This document shows positions 58,812-64,000 of a stretch of 64,000 bases of DNA, piece after piece. Numbering within the stretch: position 1 is the first letter of the stretch; every line of letters begins with the position of its first letter. The notes below the pieces were generated by a model that was given only the letters and a program-made list of their open reading frames with translations, ran no database searches and was not told the origin of the DNA. Where the stretch lies: positions 121,892,001 to 121,956,000 of the forward strand of contig OX597818.1 of NCBI GenBank assembly GCA_951406725.2, read 5' to 3'. Made by a program: the position numbers and the translations under genes. Source of the DNA: Octopus vulgaris. Lineage: Eukaryota.

Positions 58812-59452
58812 GGTAATATTTGTACCCACTGAAATGTGGGTGATCTGTTAGGACAAACTTTATTGTGGTAAGGAAGCATGAGAGAAACTCTCATATTGGC
58901 TTTTGGTGCAAAATGCACTCTTCTTTATATCGCTAGCGTGGACATAAATTCTCTCCAGGGTGCATTTTGCACCAAAAGCCAATATGAGGGTTTCTCTCAT
59001 GGTATCTACCACAGCAGATGGTTCCTACCGATCTCAGTAAAGATACCTAGATAGGCTCAGTCTTCAGAATATAGAAGGACTATTTCTGCCACAGCAACGT
59101 CTCCTGCAGTACTAATTTTGGTTTGATAAATTGGCACAGCGTAAACCTCTGATAAAGGCGGCGAGCTGGCAGAAACGTTAGCACGCTGGGCGAAATGCGT
59201 AACCGTATTTCGTCTGTCGTTACGTTCTGAGTTCAAATTCCGCCGAGTCGACTTTGCCTTTCATCCTTTCGGGGTCGATAAATTAAGTACCAGTTACACA
59301 CTGGGGTCGATGTAATCGACTTAATCCGTTTGTTTTTCCTTGTTTGTCCCCTCTGTGTAGCCCCTTGTGGGCAGTAAAGAAATAGAAATAGGTATCTACC
59401 ACAGTATAGTTTCTAACAGAACATCCACGTTTAAGTGGGGATAAATATTACC
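58812..59452. repeat. Long imperfect fold-back interrupted by an insertion
   Basis: Core arms 58877-58918 and 58960-59001 (42 bp, 1 mismatch). Outer arms 58812-58870 and 59397-59452 pair imperfectly once the insertion is removed. Confidence 0.85.
59157..59390 (+). mobile_element. Full-length SINE family B with a (gaaata)n tail
   Basis: ggcggcgagctggcagaaacgttagc..gagttcaaattcc..aaagaaatagaaata. 14-bp direct repeat ggtatctaccacag at 59001-59014 and 59391-59404. Confidence 0.93.
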
Positions 59453-60822
59453 TCGCCACAGAAAGTCGCTTTAGTTCTTAGTCACCTAGTATTTTGGATT
59501 TTGGTTAGCCTTGTCCCAACTTGGTTTTGGTTCATATGCAACAGCTAATTTCACTTCGAAGTGGTTCCTACCGATCTCAGTAAAGATACCTAGATAGACT
59601 CAGTCTTCAGAATATAAAAGGACTATTTCTGCCACAACACCGTCTCCTGCAGTACAAATTTTGGTTTGATAGATTGGCAACGTAAACCTCTGATAAAAAT
59701 CAGCATGACAATATGTCACATTTGAATTACTGGTACAACTCTTTCGAACCGGGCCCTCTGAGTGCTTGGACTCGAAGACAGTAATATCCATGTGCTATGA
59801 AATGAAAGAAGAAAATGTCTGAAGGACATTTTTTGAGCACTCTATTGATTCCAGTAGCAACCGTCTTAACTGAAGGTACGTTTAGTAACCATGAGGTCCT
59901 GGTTTCAGTCCCACTGAAACACCCTAATCACTAGCGCACGAGCTTTCCAATTACTAACATTGTTCAAATCTTGTTGCTGGTGTTGACTTTATCCCTCATC
60001 GATAAAATAATCACCAGTCAAGTATAGGGAACAGATTTTAATCGACTGGATCCCTTCACTTTCGTGATGCCTGCTGCTATAACGGCGGTGTTCAATTTTA
60101 TTATTACCCTCTAATTACAATGTTTTAGTAGTTTTATGTTTTTTTCTCTGTCATATTTTCCAGTTATAAATGTTCTGTCGATTAAAAGAACAGTTACAGA
60201 TGTTTCCTTTTAAACACTTTAATTGGAATTTTTCTAATAAAATTATCTGAGAATTTCATAAATGTCACTATCTAATAACTGCATATGGAAGGCAAAGAAG
60301 ATGACTAAAAGAATGATGATGATGATGATGATGATGATGATAGCGGTGGTGATGGTGGTGGTGGTGGTGGTGGTGTTGGTGGTGGTGGTGGTGACGGTCA
60401 TGATTATTATAATGAAGGCGTTATGATAACGATAGAGGAGGAAACGGGTAAGACAAGAAGGCGGAAAACTGAGAGAAAGGAGGAGAAACAGAAGGAAAAA
60501 AATAAGGGCAGAAAAGAAGAAAGAAGAGAAGCAGAAGAAGAAGAAGGATGAGGGAAGGGGAGAAAAAACCCAGAGAAGAGTGACAGAAGGAAATGAGACG
60601 GTAGAATGAGGAGGAGAAGAAAATACGAAGCAATCACACCATATATCTTAAGGAATAAAAAAAAACAGATAAATAGCAAAAAACAAAAACCACACGAACC
60701 AGATGATACACTGAACAGTAGCTATATAATCAATATCGAAATCTAACCTTTGCATAAAACCCTGGTTGTGAGGAGAGGATGCAGCCGACCATCAAATTGG
60801 TTTCAATGCATTACTGGCTTAG

Positions 60823-61403
60823 GGCGGCGAGCTGGCAGAATCGTTAGCATGCCGGGCGAAATGCCTAGTGGTATTTCGGCTGCCGTTACGTTCTGAGTTC
60901 AAATTCCGCCGAGGTAGACTTTGCCTTTCATCCTTTCGGGGTCGATTAAATAAGTACCAGATACGCACTGGGGTCGATATAATCGACTTAATCCGTTTGT
61001 CTGTCCTTGTTTGTCCCCTCTGTGTTTAGCCTTTTGTGGGTTGTAAAGAATTAGGTATTTCGTCTGCCGTTACGTTCTGAATTGAAATTCCGCCGTGGTA
61101 GACTTTGCCTTTTATCCTCTCGGGGTCGATTAAAAAAGTACCAGTTACGCACTGGGGTCGATGTGATCGACTTAATCCGTTAGTCTGTCCTTGTTTGTCC
61201 CCTCTGTGTTTAGCCCCTTGTGGGTTGTAAAGAAATAGGTATTTCGTCTGCCGTTACGTTCTGAGTTCAAATTCCGCCGAGGTCGACTTTGCCTTTCATC
61301 CTTTCGGGGTCGAGAAATTAAGTACCACTTGCGAACTGGGGTCGATCTAATCGACTGGCCCACTCCCCTCCAAAATTTCGGGCCTTGTGCTAGAGTAGAA
61401 AAG
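60823..61403 (+). mobile_element. SINE family B tandem array: one head and three bodies with a 184-bp period
   Basis: ggtatttcg recurs at 60870, 61054 and 61238. Degenerate TSD aatgcattactggctt (60805-60820) / aatacattaatggctt (61404-61419). Confidence 0.92.
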
Positions 61404-62399
61404 AATACATTAATGGCTTTTCGTTTATAAAAGCTAATGCAAGTGGATTAGGATTAAAAGAATCATTAGTTTCGGACAAACGCCTCGGATTATTTGTTCT
61501 GGTTCTTTTTTTATATTCGGAGTTGAAAATCCAGCCGAATTCAATTTTGTCATTCATTCTTCTAACATGGATGAAATGAGATACAACATCAGGTAGACTG
61601 GTAGAACTACTAGAGTACTGTGCAAAATTTTAGATGCTGAGTTCAAATTTCAAAGAAGTCAGACCAGTCGTTTATGTTTCTGGGTCGATAAAATAAAGTA
61701 CTCAGACCAGGACGGTGAAATATTGGAATATCTCGATTGTTGGACTTTGGGAAATATGCTTGTTTCGGATATTTTACGTTATGGGTTCAAATCTCGCCGG
61801 AGTCAGATTTGCCGTTTATTTTCCTGGGTCGATAAAATTAAACTACTCAACCAGAAACGGTGACTGGGAGAATAGACAAAATGTTAGAGTATGAAAGAAA
61901 ATGCTTTGAGGTATGTGTTCTGGCTGATTTAGAGCCTAAGTTCAATTTCTGTCGTGATCCATATTGCCATTCAACATTCCTGGGTCGACAAAATAAGCTG
62001 CCTTGCCCACGTTAGCGCAGTGGTAGAATTGTTACGGCGTTGTGGTACTTAATCCGATTCTTTCTTCTTCTGAGTTCGACTGCGACGATATACTACAATT
62101 CTGTATCTGCTCTTATCTTCCCTTCGACAAGATCATCGATGCGGAATGAGGAAGACTTGCCACATAAGTAACTGAAGGTCTTCTATCAAAAGAAATTACG
62201 ACATTGAAAGGAATTATATTTCTTTTTCTTTTTTTATCACGGTGTAAACCTGAATGAGATGAGAGCTTGAACCAAACGTGGCATTTGCACTCACAATAGC
62301 TCATTGATTTTCCTTTGATTGAACACTAATCGAAGTTTGTTAAGAACAGGCTGATATAGAAGCGAGTATGAATCTGCAATATATCACACTGTTGACAAC

Positions 62400-63045
62400 A
62401 GAAGCGGTAATAGTTCCACAACCACTACCACTACAGCTACTACCAACACCAGTAAAACTACAACCGCCACAATCAATGCAGTTATCACTCATTCAACCCC
62501 CCCCCACACACACACACAACACCTCACCCCACCACACCTCACCTCACCTCCATCCTCTTCTTCCTTCTCGTCATCATCGTTGTCATTACTATCAACAGTA
62601 TCTACGTTACCACCACCACCACTACCACCACCAGTACCAACAACACCACCATCACCGCCACTGCCTCCGCCGCCGCCGCCTCCTCGGCCGCCTCGGCCGC
62701 TTCCGCCACCGCCGCCGCCTCCACCACCACCACCACCATTACCACCACACCACCACCATTACCACCACACCACCACCACCACCACCACTACCACCACCGC
62801 CATTATTATTACCTTTACGCCATCACCAATATCGTCAACTCCAGCCTCGCTATCTTCACTGTCAATAATACCACCACCACCACCACCATCACCATCACCA
62901 TCACCATTCTCCTTATCACGATCATCAGCAACAGCTTCAAACTCTACTACTACAACCATCACCACCATCACCGCCGACAACAACAGCAATAACAATAAAA
63001 ACAAGACTGACAACGATAAAAAAACAACAGCATCAACATCACGAA
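62400..63045. repeat. Degenerate (CAC/CCG/CAA)n triplet low-complexity tract
   Basis: Direct reading; this tract explains the Pro/His-rich ORFs. Confidence 0.9.
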
Positions 63046-63352
63046 TATTTCGCTGTCAGGTGACGACTTGCGTAATTAAATCATAGAGTAATTAATAGAT
63101 CAGGTTTGTGTGTGGATGTGTGTGTGTGTGTGCTTGTGATGAGGGTACCAATGTGTGTGCCTATGTGAGAACAACTAACGATTCTTAAACACAGCAAGTA
63201 ACGAGAGGTATGGAATGAAATTAGCATCAGAATATATACTGGTAGATTTTTAATTCTTAATCAGGTTTAATGAATAGAAAATTAATATAAGCTACTATGC
63301 TATGACTAAATAAATAAATAAATATATATATAAATAAATATAAATAAATATA

Positions 63353-63393
<41 letters not shown>

Positions 63394-63397
<4 letters not shown>

Positions 63398-63580
63398 CAC
63401 CAGGACTTACAAACACATATAACATACAGAAAATTGCACTACTAGGCACTGCACACATCCTACGCAGAACACTTTCCATACAATAACTATCAGAGCATCT
63501 CAACAAATCACAGCACATACCCAAGGCACACAGAGCTGCGCTCGGTAGTGAAATGAAAGCACACTATAAAAATAAAACTA

Positions 63581-63627
<47 letters not shown>
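63394..63627 (+). mobile_element. 3' end of an R4/Dong-clade non-LTR retrotransposon in a (TAA)n tract
   Basis: 63394-63486 reads KTPGLTNTYNIQKIALLGTAHILRRTLSIQ*, the typical R4/Dong C-terminus (QK..LLGTAHILR). A ~100-nt 3' UTR and an (AAT)n tail follow, and (AAT)n also lies upstream. Confidence 0.85.
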
Positions 63628-63628
<1 letters not shown>

Positions 63629-64000
63629 GGTCTATTAAAGGTCTATTAAGGCAACGAACTCAACACCTGAACAACTCTGGACCCCTATAAAAACTGAAGA
63701 GATCCCCCCAGGTACTGCAAAAACTAAGCAACTGAAAGGTACCCGGGCACGATAAGGTCCCCAACATCTGGTTCAAATATCTGACAGGGACACACAAAAA
63801 GCTGTCTGAGAAATTTAATGACATACTAGCAGAGCCAGTGACAATGCCTGAATGGCCCACGGAAGGGAAAACTATCCTAATTCCCAAATCCACTGAAACG
63901 GCGAACCCACAAAATTACAGACCAATTACTTGTCTCCCTACAATTTATAAAACCTTTACTGCAATAATATTGCAGAGAATGAGTAAACATCTGGAAGAAA
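63628..64000 (+). mobile_element. 5'-truncated R4/Dong-clade LINE, N-terminal part of RT (pseudogene, runs off the window)
   Basis: From 63709: QVLQKLSN*KVPGHDKVPNIWFKYL...MPEWPTEGKTILIPKSTETANPQNYRPITCLPTIYKTFTAII. TGA at 63733 replaces a conserved W, and there is a frameshift in the C run near 63705. Confidence 0.9.

Noticed and set aside
62368-63086. Pro/His-rich ORFs resembling extensin or formin FH1
   Set aside because: Open in several frames and on both strands because of (CAC)n; no flanking domain or convincing splice context.

Overview
AT-rich, microsatellite-saturated eukaryotic (animal) DNA. The repeat families look like those of octopus/coleoid cephalopods; this is inferred from recognition, not from a search. 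I found no host protein-coding exon, rRNA, functional tRNA or CRISPR array, and almost all listed ORFs are translations of simple repeats. The window is intronic or intergenic and is built from mobile-element remains. These include a degraded Penelope-like element (RT + GIY-YIG, 9.9-11.6 kb) and several short Penelope-type termini embedded in (AT)n tracts. There are also R4/Dong LINE pieces stacked in a (TAA)n tract, CR1-group and RTE LINE remnants, many tRNA-derived SINEs, a mariner MITE and a probable Helitron. The most interesting signals are in RNA structure and insertion mechanism: (1) minimal hammerhead ribozyme motifs, one with a canonical core and several with variant cores, one of them inside a perfect 139-bp-arm palindrome; (2) two unrelated snap-back palindromic insertions with the same architecture; (3) a SINE insertion whose target-site duplication also encloses a 138-bp copy of nearby downstream DNA, sitting inside a long fold-back; (4) SINE tandem arrays that appear self-targeted. 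All coordinates and alignments were made by eye.
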